The notes below the pieces were generated by a model. That model had not been told where the DNA came from, searched no databases, and saw only the letters and a program-made list of their open reading frames with translations. Shown here piece after piece: positions 1-9,874 of a stretch of 64,000 nt of DNA. Both the position numbers and the translations under genes were made by a program. Every line of letters starts with the position of its first letter. Within the stretch, counting starts at the first letter, position 1. The stretch is from Alphaproteobacteria bacterium (GTDB lineage: Bacteria; Pseudomonadota; Alphaproteobacteria; Micavibrionales; Micavibrionaceae): the NCBI GenBank assembly GCA_002401965.1, contig NVUR01000001.1, positions 87,871-151,870 on the forward strand, written 5' to 3'.

Positions 1-1214
1 GGATTACGATGACCAAAACGTAACACCACCGTTTTATAACGGGAAAAAACCACTGCATCTTCAAAATCAGGAACAACTCCTATCCAAAGGTAATCATCTG
101 TCGTACCACCCATATTGGCCGCACCGCCAGCCTCTGTTGTGCCATCATGAAGTAAAACCGCCGTCGTATCATCACTATGTGGTCGAATGAAATAAGGATA
201 AACATCAATACCATTCGCAATTTTCTCTGCCACGATACACAGACGCACAACATGCATAAACTGGGTTAGCCCCCCTATTTCAGGTAAGTTTGGTTCGGCA
301 AGTAAACTTTGCGATTGTCCCAAAAACTGACTTGTCGTACCAATGGCTGCATCATTAAATTGTAACCACGCATTTGTTGCCATATTTGACCCAAATTTCG
401 CGACAGAAAACACAATAAGCTGCGCCACATTAATGCCCGCATTATTATTTGTTGTGCTAATTGGCGCAAGTAGCGCAAAAAATACAATCAATCTTGGTAC
501 AAACCATGCACGATTAAGACGCTGCCCAAAGGGTGTCCCCGTTGTTACGGTCTCCCCCACAATCGTAATCACAAAATAAATAAGAATAACACCCGAAATC
601 ATGGCGATACCCATAGTATAAAAATGCAACATGCTATGTAACGCTGTGTGCATCGGTAATGGATAGGATGTAGGTGAGGGAATAATATTACCCTGAATAT
701 CCAGACAAGGCGTTCCCAAATCAGAAATACAGGAATTATAAAACCCAACACTGCCCGTACCGCCAGAGCCTTGCATCATACCAAAAACATTATCCAGAAC
801 AATAAAAGCAATATCTTGCGATGATGTATGCCCAGTGGGTGTATTTATAAATAGACTAGACCACGTCCCTGCCAATGCAGGACTGGCAAGCAAAGCCATC
901 CCCAAAAGCGCAAATTGCACCGCAATCAAAGCCAAACCAATTAAAATCATAAAATATAATACAATTTGGTCTGTATGCTTACGCTCAAAAACAAGATTTC
1001 TTCCCGCTTCTGCAATAACATGACGGATACCATAACGGCCAAAATTTTCAGATCTCAAATATGCATGCCCTGCAGGTAATAGCCCTACATTATAATAAAT
1101 GACTGCAATCAAGCTCGCCAAAAAGGAAAAACCCGAGCCAAAAAGACCGCTTATCCGAGGCAAAACCCCGGGCAATATAGTGTATTTTACAAAATCATTT
1201 TTGGTTATCGCCAT
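1..1214 (-). CDS. DotA/TraY-like polytopic membrane protein, paralog 1 (N-terminal ~404 aa only; 3' end runs off the window)
   Basis: Hand translation of the minus strand from the ATG at 1214..1212 gives MAITKNDFVKYTILPGVLPRISGLFGSGFSF.... I checked codon by codon about 22 codons at the 5' end, the TGTPFGQRLNRAWFVPRLIVFF block near 470-540, and positions ~200 down to 1. No stop was seen in these parts; the remainder was read by eye. It is colinear with the two neighbouring paralogs. It is absent from the ORF track because it has no in-window stop. Confidence 0.7.
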   Translation of the reverse strand, partial: MAITKNDFVKYTILPGVLPRISGLFGSGFSFLASLIAVIYYNVGLLPAGHAYLRSENFGRYGIRHVIAEAGRNLVFERKHTDQIVLYFMILIGLALIAVQFALLGMALLASPALAGTWSSLFINTPTGHTSSQDIAFIVLDNVFGMMQGSGGTGSVGFYNSCISDLGTPCLDIQGNIIPSPTSYPLPMHTALHSMLHFYTMGIAMISGVILIYFVITIVGETVTTGTPFGQRLNRAWFVPRLIVFFALLAPISTTNNNAGINVAQLIVFSVAKFGSNMATNAWLQFNDAAIGTTSQFLGQSQSLLAEPNLPEIGGLTQFMHVVRLCIVAEKIANGIDVYPYFIRPHSDDTTAVLLHDGTTEAGGAANMGGTTDDYLWIGVVPDFEDAVVFSRYKTVVLRFGHRN

Positions 1215-1237
1215 ATACTCATATCTTGCTAAAAAAG

Positions 1238-4117
1238 TTAGCTTGTAGCACCCTTAACAACAGCCTGTAAACCGCCACCAACTTTGGAAAGAGCCTGTTG
1301 TGAGCCGACAGTTGTTTTGGATACCAATCCCTGTGCAGGATCTTCACGTTGATCCCCGAATGTTGCAACACTTTGCCCCATCCATCTTAAAATATTATTC
1401 GGTATCGTATCAATTAATTTGAAAGATGACATACCAATTAGATACACAATAATCGCATAAATAACTGTAAAGAAGAATTCATCAACCTTTGACCTTATAT
1501 ATTGCTGTTTCGACGTCGCCGCCGTTGCCGTAAGCTCTACATCCATATCAAAGCCACCAACATTTTCCGTGACGATTGAAAAGATACTATTCAATACGTC
1601 AATTAATGCCGAGAAAATAGAGATACTGGCCAGCAAACCAAATACCGTCAAAATAGGTCTTAAAAACACCTCGAATATCAAGAAATAACCATTAATCGCG
1701 GCATTACCAGGCATACCATGACCATCAATTCTGATATGTGCCAAAGCCCATAACGGCGCGCCGACCATGGCCTCGAATATGCCTTTGATCCAACCACCAA
1801 CCGCAAAGAAGAAATAAATGAACGGTAAGAACGGTACAACATAAAACAAAACGAAACCAACCGTTAAGCCCATCATCGCAATAGAGACAAAGAAACTCGC
1901 CGCAATTCCGCCAACCGCGCCACCAACTTTCATTGCACCCAAGGTCGAAGCCATCGCCGCATACCCTAAGGAACGCACTGCGCTTTCAACCAAGGCACGA
2001 CCCACACCAACCAACATCGCCAAAGGATGCGTGCCAACATTGCTACGTAAATCATATAACCCATCCAAACCCAGCACAGCAGTAATCGCATCTAAAAATG
2101 CGTTACCTGTTAATGCTTCTTTCGTCAAAGAACCTGATGACCATTCAAATTCCGCCGTGTAAAGGGTTGCCGCAAATTCCATTTTCGTCGCACCACCCAA
2201 CAACGTCTCCATACTATTAATACCCGCTGCATTCGGTTCATGTTGTGTTGTACCATCAGGATCCTTGTCATATTTGGTCTTAATCTCCAAAACCTTTTCC
2301 ATGACCGCCGGATATTTGGACACAGTCGGCACCGCATATGCCGCACTAATCAATGAACCATTCATTTCAGCAACCCGATTATACCATATACCGGCACCGG
2401 CCCACCCCCGACGTTGCAAGGTTGCCAAATTTGGATCAGCTGTCGTTACTCTAGCCGATGTACCTTGTGCAGAAACCGCCGCCGCCAAAAACCCACTGAC
2501 CACAAGCTCAACTTGTGCCTTCATATTACTAACATATACGGCATTTAATTCCACAGCATTATTACTCACCGTGGTCGTACCAACATCCTCAGCCAGACCT
2601 TTGGTCATACGAATTGCCACCTCAATTTCACGCTTATTCGCTGTGAGAGTTTCCGCAGGATGCAAAGGACCACCATCAACCAGCGTCATGGACAAACCAT
2701 GCCATATATCTAAAATCATTATATAATAAAGCAACTGCATGAAAGCAGGCCCAGGTTCAGCATTAGCCAAATCCCGCGCATCTTGCATTGTTAATGTGAC
2801 TTCCCCACATGTGGGGTAAACAAAAGAATGACTTGCCGGATATAATGCCTCATTTTTAATCCCAAAACGAATAGTGACAGAATTCGCATCATCAGCCAAT
2901 GCAGTCACCAGATTATTGTAACCCGTAGACGGTGCTATTAACAAAGAATTGACAGTCTCTGAATGCTGAAACAAGGCATACGCTTCGACAACTTGCACTG
3001 GCACAACAGGCTGTGGAGGACCGCCGAGAGCAACCGCCGCCGCCGCCGCTGCTGTTTCTTGCTCAAACCGTTGTCTTTCATAGTAATCATTCACATATCT
3101 ACAAACCTTGGCGACATATAAAAATTGCAGCACAGGCGAAACATCTGGAAGATTAGGCGTAGACACCATATTCGCTCCACCGCCCAAACTCTGCGTTAAT
3201 GTGGAGTTGAACAAACTCCAACCATTTGATGCAAAAGCCGAGCCAATCTTCGCCGCATATAAAACAACATATTGCGAAGAATTTAATCCCGATCCCAACG
3301 GCATCAGCAATCCAAAGGCAATGACAATTCGCAAAGGCGCCCATGTTTTATTAAAACGTTTGCCAAATGGCGTACCAGTCTGCGCGGTCTCTGCCAAAAT
3401 GGTTACAATGAAATAGCTGGTAATAATAACGGCAATAACCAAAAGGCCGGTACTATATATACTAAATAAACGATGTATCCCAAGATGATAGGGAAAAGGG
3501 AAATATGTATAGGCAGTAGGCGTCAATGGGCCGAATTGCCCCGCAATTGTGGCCGAAACCCCTGTGCCTGTCGTATCTGTAATCGCAATATTTGTACCAA
3601 AATTATCGGTACAATTAACCGCAGAACCAATACAAGATTCAAAGAATCCCATCGTTGAAAGACTAGGGTGGGGAACACCAAACACCATATCCAACATCAT
3701 AAAGGCCAAATCATGCGGTCTATTAGCAATAGGAACAGTAAAGAACCCAACCCATGATGTCGGTATCGCCATTGCCGGCTGTAAAAACAATACCATCGCC
3801 AAAGACAAAAGCTGAACCGAGAATATAACCAGCCCCACTAAAACAGCCATAAACATAAAGATTTGATCTATATTTTTAAGACGAAACGTTACATTACGCG
3901 CCGCCTCACAAACAACATGTCGAATACCATACAAACCAATATTACGTTGATCTAAATATGGATGAGAGCGCGGCAACAAACCAACCATTTGATAAACAAC
4001 AGCAATAAAGAAGGGAATATAATGGAAACCGCTCATGAACAAATCACGCATTCTCGGCACGATTTGCGGCATAACGCTGTAACTAAATAATCCTTTTGGC
4101 ATTAATAAACCAAACAT
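1238..4117 (-). CDS. DotA/TraY-like polytopic membrane protein, paralog 2 (959 aa)
   Basis: Long ORF with N-terminal TM helices, a block TGTPFGKRFNKTWAPLRIVIAFGLLMP, a large central non-hydrophobic domain, and a C-terminal TM bundle with GAPLWALAHIRIDGHGMPG...FLRPILTVFGL. The family call rests on remembered DotA/TraY motifs. Confidence 0.75.
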   Translation of the reverse strand: MFGLLMPKGLFSYSVMPQIVPRMRDLFMSGFHYIPFFIAVVYQMVGLLPRSHPYLDQRNIGLYGIRHVVCEAARNVTFRLKNIDQIFMFMAVLVGLVIFSVQLLSLAMVLFLQPAMAIPTSWVGFFTVPIANRPHDLAFMMLDMVFGVPHPSLSTMGFFESCIGSAVNCTDNFGTNIAITDTTGTGVSATIAGQFGPLTPTAYTYFPFPYHLGIHRLFSIYSTGLLVIAVIITSYFIVTILAETAQTGTPFGKRFNKTWAPLRIVIAFGLLMPLGSGLNSSQYVVLYAAKIGSAFASNGWSLFNSTLTQSLGGGANMVSTPNLPDVSPVLQFLYVAKVCRYVNDYYERQRFEQETAAAAAAVALGGPPQPVVPVQVVEAYALFQHSETVNSLLIAPSTGYNNLVTALADDANSVTIRFGIKNEALYPASHSFVYPTCGEVTLTMQDARDLANAEPGPAFMQLLYYIMILDIWHGLSMTLVDGGPLHPAETLTANKREIEVAIRMTKGLAEDVGTTTVSNNAVELNAVYVSNMKAQVELVVSGFLAAAVSAQGTSARVTTADPNLATLQRRGWAGAGIWYNRVAEMNGSLISAAYAVPTVSKYPAVMEKVLEIKTKYDKDPDGTTQHEPNAAGINSMETLLGGATKMEFAATLYTAEFEWSSGSLTKEALTGNAFLDAITAVLGLDGLYDLRSNVGTHPLAMLVGVGRALVESAVRSLGYAAMASTLGAMKVGGAVGGIAASFFVSIAMMGLTVGFVLFYVVPFLPFIYFFFAVGGWIKGIFEAMVGAPLWALAHIRIDGHGMPGNAAINGYFLIFEVFLRPILTVFGLLASISIFSALIDVLNSIFSIVTENVGGFDMDVELTATAATSKQQYIRSKVDEFFFTVIYAIIVYLIGMSSFKLIDTIPNNILRWMGQSVATFGDQREDPAQGLVSKTTVGSQQALSKVGGGLQAVVKGATS

Positions 4118-4169
4118 TCTTGCTCTCTTTCCTACTCTAGAAAATCTTTATTTTATTCCCAATATTCAC

Positions 4170-7100
4170 TCACGGTGTTGTTACTGGCGTTGACGGCGTT
4201 GACGCACCACCTGGGCTTGTATTACCACTGGAAGGTTTTGCGCCTGTCGTCGCCCCAGCTACCTGACCACCAACACTCTTACCAAGACCACCGCCTAATT
4301 TCACAACCGCACCTGCGGCCTGATTACCCATTGTCATACCACCCATTGCGGCATAACGACTAAGGCTGTCCACTTGATCTTGATTAATATCACCAAACGA
4401 AGACACACCCGCACCTGCCCAGCGTAATATATTATCCGGAATTCTATCTATCAACTTAAACGATGCCAAAGCCATCATATAACAAACAATCGTATAGATA
4501 ATAGTGAAGAAAAACTGGTCAATTATACCACGTTGGAAACGCGCATCATTCACAGAAGTCATATTCAAGATATCTCCAGTCACACTTGATGCATCCCCCG
4601 CAACATTAGAGACCACAAGATCCCAAATCAAATTCAAAATTTGTACCTGTGTTGAAAAAATAACAACCGCCGCAACCAAACCTATGACCGTCAAAATAGG
4701 CCTTATAAATATTTCTAAAATCAAAAAATATCCGTTTTGCGCCGAATCACCAGGTAAACCATCACCATCAATACGTAAATGCGCCAAAGCCCATAGCGGT
4801 ACACCGACCATCGCCTCAAAAATCGCCTTGATCCACGACGCCGCCGCAAAATAAAAATACACAAACGGCAAGAACGGTAAAACATAGAATAAGACAAAAC
4901 CAGCCGTCAGCCCCATAAACGCCGTTGACAATAAAACCTGACTAGCCGCCTCTGAAAGTGCGGCGATTTTACTATTCTTCTCCATAACACCCGCCATACC
5001 GCCAAGAAATGCACTACCGGTCGCGCCCGCCAAATTCCGAACCGCAGAATCAACAAGCCCCTTTCCAACCATGATAAGTTGCACCATAGGATTCAAATGA
5101 GCGTTCGACGTACGCATCGCCGCCAAGCCGGACGTCCCGAATAACCGATTCAAAACATCCATAAAAACATTCTGATAATTAATTCGGCCTTTATCATCGA
5201 AACTCTTGGCATCATTATTCCAATACTCAAACACACCTGATAACCCTAACGCAACCTTATATGGCTGAGTCATAGATTTATAACCCTCTGGCGTATCTTT
5301 ACCGGATTGCGCCTTCGTAGACATCGTAAACTGCCTTTTATATTCGACATTTTCATTACTTTTTCGATTTTGCTTACGCACTTCTTCCATTGCAAGGGGA
5401 TACAAATCCATATAGGGAACCGCCTGCACACCATCAATCCAGCCACCATTCGTTTCGGCAAGTTTGCTATAAAAAATACCGGCACCAACCCAACCATAAC
5501 TTCGATCCACAGCGGTATGCTCCTCGGCTGTAGAATTCAAGACATGATCCCCCCATGCGGTTCTTATCGCATCCAAAAGATCATCTGTATATTCACTAAT
5601 TTTCTCCTGTTTCCATGCCGCCTCTGGTGTTGCCCGCACTTCACATTCTGCTACAGTTGCAACGAATCCTGGGAAAATACTTCCCACACCAGCCAAAGGC
5701 CCCAGCCCCAACCCTGTTGCTTCGTTGCCCGTACAAAATGCCGTTTTCTCGGTTGACGCGCTCACAACTGCATCAACAATCAAAGACCGTGCAAACTGGC
5801 GCATTTCAATATCATCAAACCACATTTTTGCGACCATATCATAATATGTCTTCAACATATAATCCGCACCACCTCTAGAAAAAGAGGCCCCTCCGATATC
5901 AGCCAAAGAGGCAATCGGTATACGGATTTCTCCACATAGAGGTTTCACCAAACCAGGATTGCCAGTATGCTGACCGCTTGTCGCAGATGGCGTTATATAC
6001 TCCCCGAACCGAATAATGATATCACCACCATAATAAAAACCCAGCGCCTCCAAATAATCCGGCGTGGCACCATATGTCAACAGCAGGCGCTCTGTCGGAT
6101 CTCCTTGAAAAAGTATATTACCAGCAATCGCACCAGCAGGGTTAGATGTTTTTTGCTTTACCAAGAATGGTACAATTCTGAACGCAGTCTCCGTCGTGGG
6201 ACCATGATATCCCGCATCAACACCAAAATAATTTCCACCGGAAGGATTATCCATATTAGCACTCACGCGCAAATAAGAATATGCACAAGCATGTACAAGC
6301 GTCATCGCCTCAACAAGAGCTGTAAGATCCGGTGCCTCCGGAATGGCAAGTAAAGAATAGCGTTGTCCCATTGGCCGAGTATCTGATGTAGAAAATTGAG
6401 AATGCCCCACAACAGCATCATTAAACCCATTCCACCCCACCGTTGCGAAACTTGATCCATATTTTGCAGCATACAGCACGATATACTGACCAGAGTTCAG
6501 TGTCGCACCAACCCCCGCAACAGGCGCAGGCATTAACAACCCCAATGCAACAACCAATCGTATAGGCACCCAAACATTTTGAAAACGTTGCCCAAACGGC
6601 GTGCCGCTCACTGCAGTTTCAAAAACAATAACCACAATAAAATAAAGGAAAATCAGAACAGCAATCATAAGAAGGGCTGTCGAATAGAATCTAAACAACT
6701 GATGCAACGCGGCCTGAAAAGGTAACGGCATGATAGAAACCCCCGTTGCCGGCCCAACATTAGTAAACGGCACCCCTGCACTAAAATTCGTACAATTGGC
6801 AATCGTTGTTGTAGAACAGAAAACACCCGGGACACCAAAGACACGATCCAATAGGTTATAGGCAATATCCGACGCTGGATCAGGCGTATCAAACCACGAA
6901 AATGCCATGGCAGGCGAAACCACCAACGCATAAATCAAAATAAGAAACTGCGCCGCCAACATCACAACACCTGTCAACATCCCAAAATAAACGAAGATCT
7001 GATCGATATTTTTTCTTGAAAAAGTAAGATTGCGCGAAGCCTCTGTAATTACGTGACGTACACCAAAACGTCCGATGTTCTTCGAGGACAAGTACGGATG

Positions 7101-7250
7101 ATGCGCGGGTAACAAACGAACCATAAAATAGATATGCGCCATCCAAAACGAAACATAAGAAAAACCGGAAGAAAATAATTCCTGCACACGCGGTACGATA
7201 CGCGGCATAGACGCATAAATCAGGACATCTTTAGTTTTAATATTTCGCAC
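4170..7250 (-). CDS. DotA/TraY-like polytopic membrane protein, paralog 3 (1026 aa, GTG start)
   Basis: Same architecture as paralog 2: SGTPFGQRFQNVWVPIRLVVALGLLMP and GVPLWALAHLRIDGDGLPG...FIRPILTVIGL. It has a Gly/Ser/Thr/Pro-rich C-terminal tail. The GTG at 7250..7248 gives an N-terminal length matching the other two paralogs; an alternative ATG is at 7208. Confidence 0.75.
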   Translation of the reverse strand: MRNIKTKDVLIYASMPRIVPRVQELFSSGFSYVSFWMAHIYFMVRLLPAHHPYLSSKNIGRFGVRHVITEASRNLTFSRKNIDQIFVYFGMLTGVVMLAAQFLILIYALVVSPAMAFSWFDTPDPASDIAYNLLDRVFGVPGVFCSTTTIANCTNFSAGVPFTNVGPATGVSIMPLPFQAALHQLFRFYSTALLMIAVLIFLYFIVVIVFETAVSGTPFGQRFQNVWVPIRLVVALGLLMPAPVAGVGATLNSGQYIVLYAAKYGSSFATVGWNGFNDAVVGHSQFSTSDTRPMGQRYSLLAIPEAPDLTALVEAMTLVHACAYSYLRVSANMDNPSGGNYFGVDAGYHGPTTETAFRIVPFLVKQKTSNPAGAIAGNILFQGDPTERLLLTYGATPDYLEALGFYYGGDIIIRFGEYITPSATSGQHTGNPGLVKPLCGEIRIPIASLADIGGASFSRGGADYMLKTYYDMVAKMWFDDIEMRQFARSLIVDAVVSASTEKTAFCTGNEATGLGLGPLAGVGSIFPGFVATVAECEVRATPEAAWKQEKISEYTDDLLDAIRTAWGDHVLNSTAEEHTAVDRSYGWVGAGIFYSKLAETNGGWIDGVQAVPYMDLYPLAMEEVRKQNRKSNENVEYKRQFTMSTKAQSGKDTPEGYKSMTQPYKVALGLSGVFEYWNNDAKSFDDKGRINYQNVFMDVLNRLFGTSGLAAMRTSNAHLNPMVQLIMVGKGLVDSAVRNLAGATGSAFLGGMAGVMEKNSKIAALSEAASQVLLSTAFMGLTAGFVLFYVLPFLPFVYFYFAAASWIKAIFEAMVGVPLWALAHLRIDGDGLPGDSAQNGYFLILEIFIRPILTVIGLVAAVVIFSTQVQILNLIWDLVVSNVAGDASSVTGDILNMTSVNDARFQRGIIDQFFFTIIYTIVCYMMALASFKLIDRIPDNILRWAGAGVSSFGDINQDQVDSLSRYAAMGGMTMGNQAAGAVVKLGGGLGKSVGGQVAGATTGAKPSSGNTSPGGASTPSTPVTTP

Positions 7251-7440
7251 GTTATTTACTCACCATTTCGTCTAATTATCATCCGCAAATAATGCGAACT
7301 TTAGATAAATCACGACTAATAGTAACATCATTCAGATATAGAAAGCGAGTTTTATGTCATGTTTTGGACATTTTTTATATCGCCCCTATATCAAAAAAGC
7401 CAGAAACCGAAGCGCACAGCCAAAAACAGACACGTACACC

Positions 7441-9126
7441 CTATCCAGTTTTGCGTAACGGTCTGTATTTTATACGCCGTGGTGTATCAGCATCATGCCC
7501 CATACGTTTACGATAATCGGCCTCATAATCCTGATAATTGCCTTCAAACCATGTGATTTGTGAATCACCTTCGAAAGCCAGAATATGCGTTGCCAAACGG
7601 TCAAGGAACCAACGATCATGCGAAATCACCACAGCGCAACCTGCAAAGCGTTCCAACGCCTCCTCAAGAGCCGCCAAAGTTTCCGTATCCAAATCATTGG
7701 TCGGCTCATCCAACAGGATAACATTTGCCTCTATTTTCAACATCTTAGCAAGATGTACACGGTTACGTTGCCCCCCTGATAAGTCACCGACCTTTTTCTG
7801 TTGATCCGACCCACGGAAGTTAAAAGCAGACACGTACGCCCTGCTTTGCATCTCTATTTTGCCCAGCTTGATAATATCCGTACCACCTGAAATTTCTTCC
7901 CAGACATTATTGTCCGCATTCAGCGCATCACGACTTTGATCCACATAGCCCAGTTTAACCGTATCACCAACCTTGAACGTGCCCTCATCAGGCGCTTCCG
8001 CGCCTGTAATCATCTTAAACAGCGTTGATTTACCCGCGCCATTGGGACCAATAACACCTACAATACCACCCGGCGGCAAAGAAAAGGACAAATCATCCAT
8101 CAACAAACGATCACCAAAGCCCTTACGGATATTTTTCGCCTCAATAACCAGATCACCCAAACGCGGCGGCGTTGGAATAACAATTTGTGCATTCCGCATA
8201 TCGGTCTTTTGGCTCTCGGCCAACAATTCTTCATACGCATTAATACGCGATTTTGACTTGGAACGACGGGCAGACGGGCTTTTCCCCATCCACTCCATTT
8301 CACGCGCCAATGTTTTCTGACGGGTATTCTCTTCACGATCCTCTTGCTTCATACGCTTGGCCTTCGCCTCAAGATACGCAGTATAATTGCCTTCATAAGG
8401 AATACCCGATCCACGGTCTACCTCTAAAATCCAGCTTGTCACATTATCAAGAAAGTAACGATCATGCGTTACCATCACCACAGCGCCTGTATAATCCAAC
8501 AAGAACCGTTGCAACCACGCCACACTTTCAGCGTCCAAATGGTTTGTCGGCTCATCAAGCAACAAAAGGTCAGGCTTTTCCAGTAACAGCTTACAAAGCG
8601 CAACACGGCGCGCCTCGCCACCAGATAGATTTTCTACAGAAGACTCAGCGGGCGGGCATCTCAACGCCTCCATCGCAATTTCAATCGTGCGATCAAGCTC
8701 CCATCCATCGACAGTATCAATTTTTTCCTGTAACTCGCCCATTTCCGTGCCCAGTGCATCAAAATCGGCGTCAGGCTCACCCATTTCCATGCCAATCGCG
8801 TTAAAGCGATCAACCATCGCCTTCACATCAGCCAAGGCCTCCATCACGTTCTCGCCAACTGTTTTACTCTGATCCAACTGCGGTTCTTGTTCCAGATAGC
8901 CAACGCGCGCGCCTTTTGCCGACCACGCCTCGCCCATGAATTCCTGATCGACACCGGCCATAATTTTCAGCAATGTCGACTTACCCGCACCGTTTGGCCC
9001 CAAAACACCAATCTTCGCACCAGGCAAAAAGCTAAGCGTTACATCTTCGAGAACCTTCTTGCCGTTGCCGTACGCCTTACTCAGACCGTTCATCACATAA
9101 ATATATTCATACGCCACCATAATCAC
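7441..9126 (-). CDS. ettA: Energy-dependent translational throttle protein EttA (ABC-F ATPase)
   Basis: Two ABC cassettes (GPNGAGKST twice, LSGG signatures) and a typical EttA N-terminus [12 protein letters not shown]; 561 aa. Confidence 0.95.
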   Translation of the reverse strand: MIMVAYEYIYVMNGLSKAYGNGKKVLEDVTLSFLPGAKIGVLGPNGAGKSTLLKIMAGVDQEFMGEAWSAKGARVGYLEQEPQLDQSKTVGENVMEALADVKAMVDRFNAIGMEMGEPDADFDALGTEMGELQEKIDTVDGWELDRTIEIAMEALRCPPAESSVENLSGGEARRVALCKLLLEKPDLLLLDEPTNHLDAESVAWLQRFLLDYTGAVVMVTHDRYFLDNVTSWILEVDRGSGIPYEGNYTAYLEAKAKRMKQEDREENTRQKTLAREMEWMGKSPSARRSKSKSRINAYEELLAESQKTDMRNAQIVIPTPPRLGDLVIEAKNIRKGFGDRLLMDDLSFSLPPGGIVGVIGPNGAGKSTLFKMITGAEAPDEGTFKVGDTVKLGYVDQSRDALNADNNVWEEISGGTDIIKLGKIEMQSRAYVSAFNFRGSDQQKKVGDLSGGQRNRVHLAKMLKIEANVILLDEPTNDLDTETLAALEEALERFAGCAVVISHDRWFLDRLATHILAFEGDSQITWFEGNYQDYEADYRKRMGHDADTPRRIKYRPLRKTG

Positions 9127-9250
9127 TTATTCCCTAACCTATCGAAGATTTACAAGCATCCTTTGTGTCCGATCCTGCGCGTGAAGTCAATCAAAGATAA
9201 GGATTTCACCGTTTCCTGTTTTCATCTCGTAATCTCAATATTCCAATGCT

Positions 9251-9874
9251 ATGATCCGTCCAAACATAATGGGAAATTTTATAATGCTGGACAAAAGTTT
9301 AATCATCGGAGAAGACAAAAAACAAAGATGCTGGTGGTGTGGAGCAGACGAGGAATACGTACGCTATCACGATACGGAATGGGGGCACCCTGTTCATGAT
9401 GATACCCGCCTGTTTGAAAAAATCTGTCTGGAGGGGTTTCAAGCAGGGTTAAGCTGGATCACGATTTTACGAAAACGCGAGAATTTCCGCGCCGCATTTG
9501 ATGATTTCGACTTTAACAAAGTCGCGAAATACGACAATGATGCCATAAATTCACTGCTCCAAAATGCAGGTATTATCCGCCATCGTGGCAAGATAGAAGC
9601 CACAATAAACAACGCTCAACGCGCTATAGAGCTAATAGAAGAAAAGGGAAGTTTAAGCAATTATTTCTGGAGCTTTGAACCACAGAACAAGCCCACACCA
9701 AGACTGGAAACAGACATCCCAAGCAAAACCGAGGACTCTATTATCCTATCAAAAGATTTGAAAAAACGGGGTTGGAAATTTGTCGGACCGACAACCTGTT
9801 ACGCCTTTATGCAAGCCATGGGCATGGTCAATGACCATATCGAAGGATGCACAGCCCAGAAAAAGCCCTATTAA
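9251..9874 (+). CDS. tag: DNA-3-methyladenine glycosylase I
   Basis: RCWWCGADEEYVRYHDTEWGHPVHDD...LEGFQAGLSWITILRKRENFR is the Tag signature. The true start may be the internal ATG at 9284. Confidence 0.9.
   Translation: MIRPNIMGNFIMLDKSLIIGEDKKQRCWWCGADEEYVRYHDTEWGHPVHDDTRLFEKICLEGFQAGLSWITILRKRENFRAAFDDFDFNKVAKYDNDAINSLLQNAGIIRHRGKIEATINNAQRAIELIEEKGSLSNYFWSFEPQNKPTPRLETDIPSKTEDSIILSKDLKKRGWKFVGPTTCYAFMQAMGMVNDHIEGCTAQKKPY

Noticed and set aside
275-1023. Three short listed ORFs (275..487 minus, 343..579 plus, 835..1023 plus) at the left edge.
   Set aside because: They lie inside, and out of frame or antisense to, the long open frame 1..1214 that is homologous to the two neighbouring paralogs. 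They are spurious.
1-7250. An alternative reading of the three tandem large membrane proteins as VirB6/TrbL paralogs, as in the tandem rvhB6/virB6 arrays of Rickettsiales.
   Set aside because: The conserved blocks (D(I/L)A..LD.VFG; GTPFGQR...W.P.R....LL.P; PLWALAH..IDG.G.PG...F.RPILTV.GL) match my memory of DotA/TraY and not the short VirB6 core. No virB3/virB4 precede them, as they do in Rickettsiales. A profile search is still needed to be certain.
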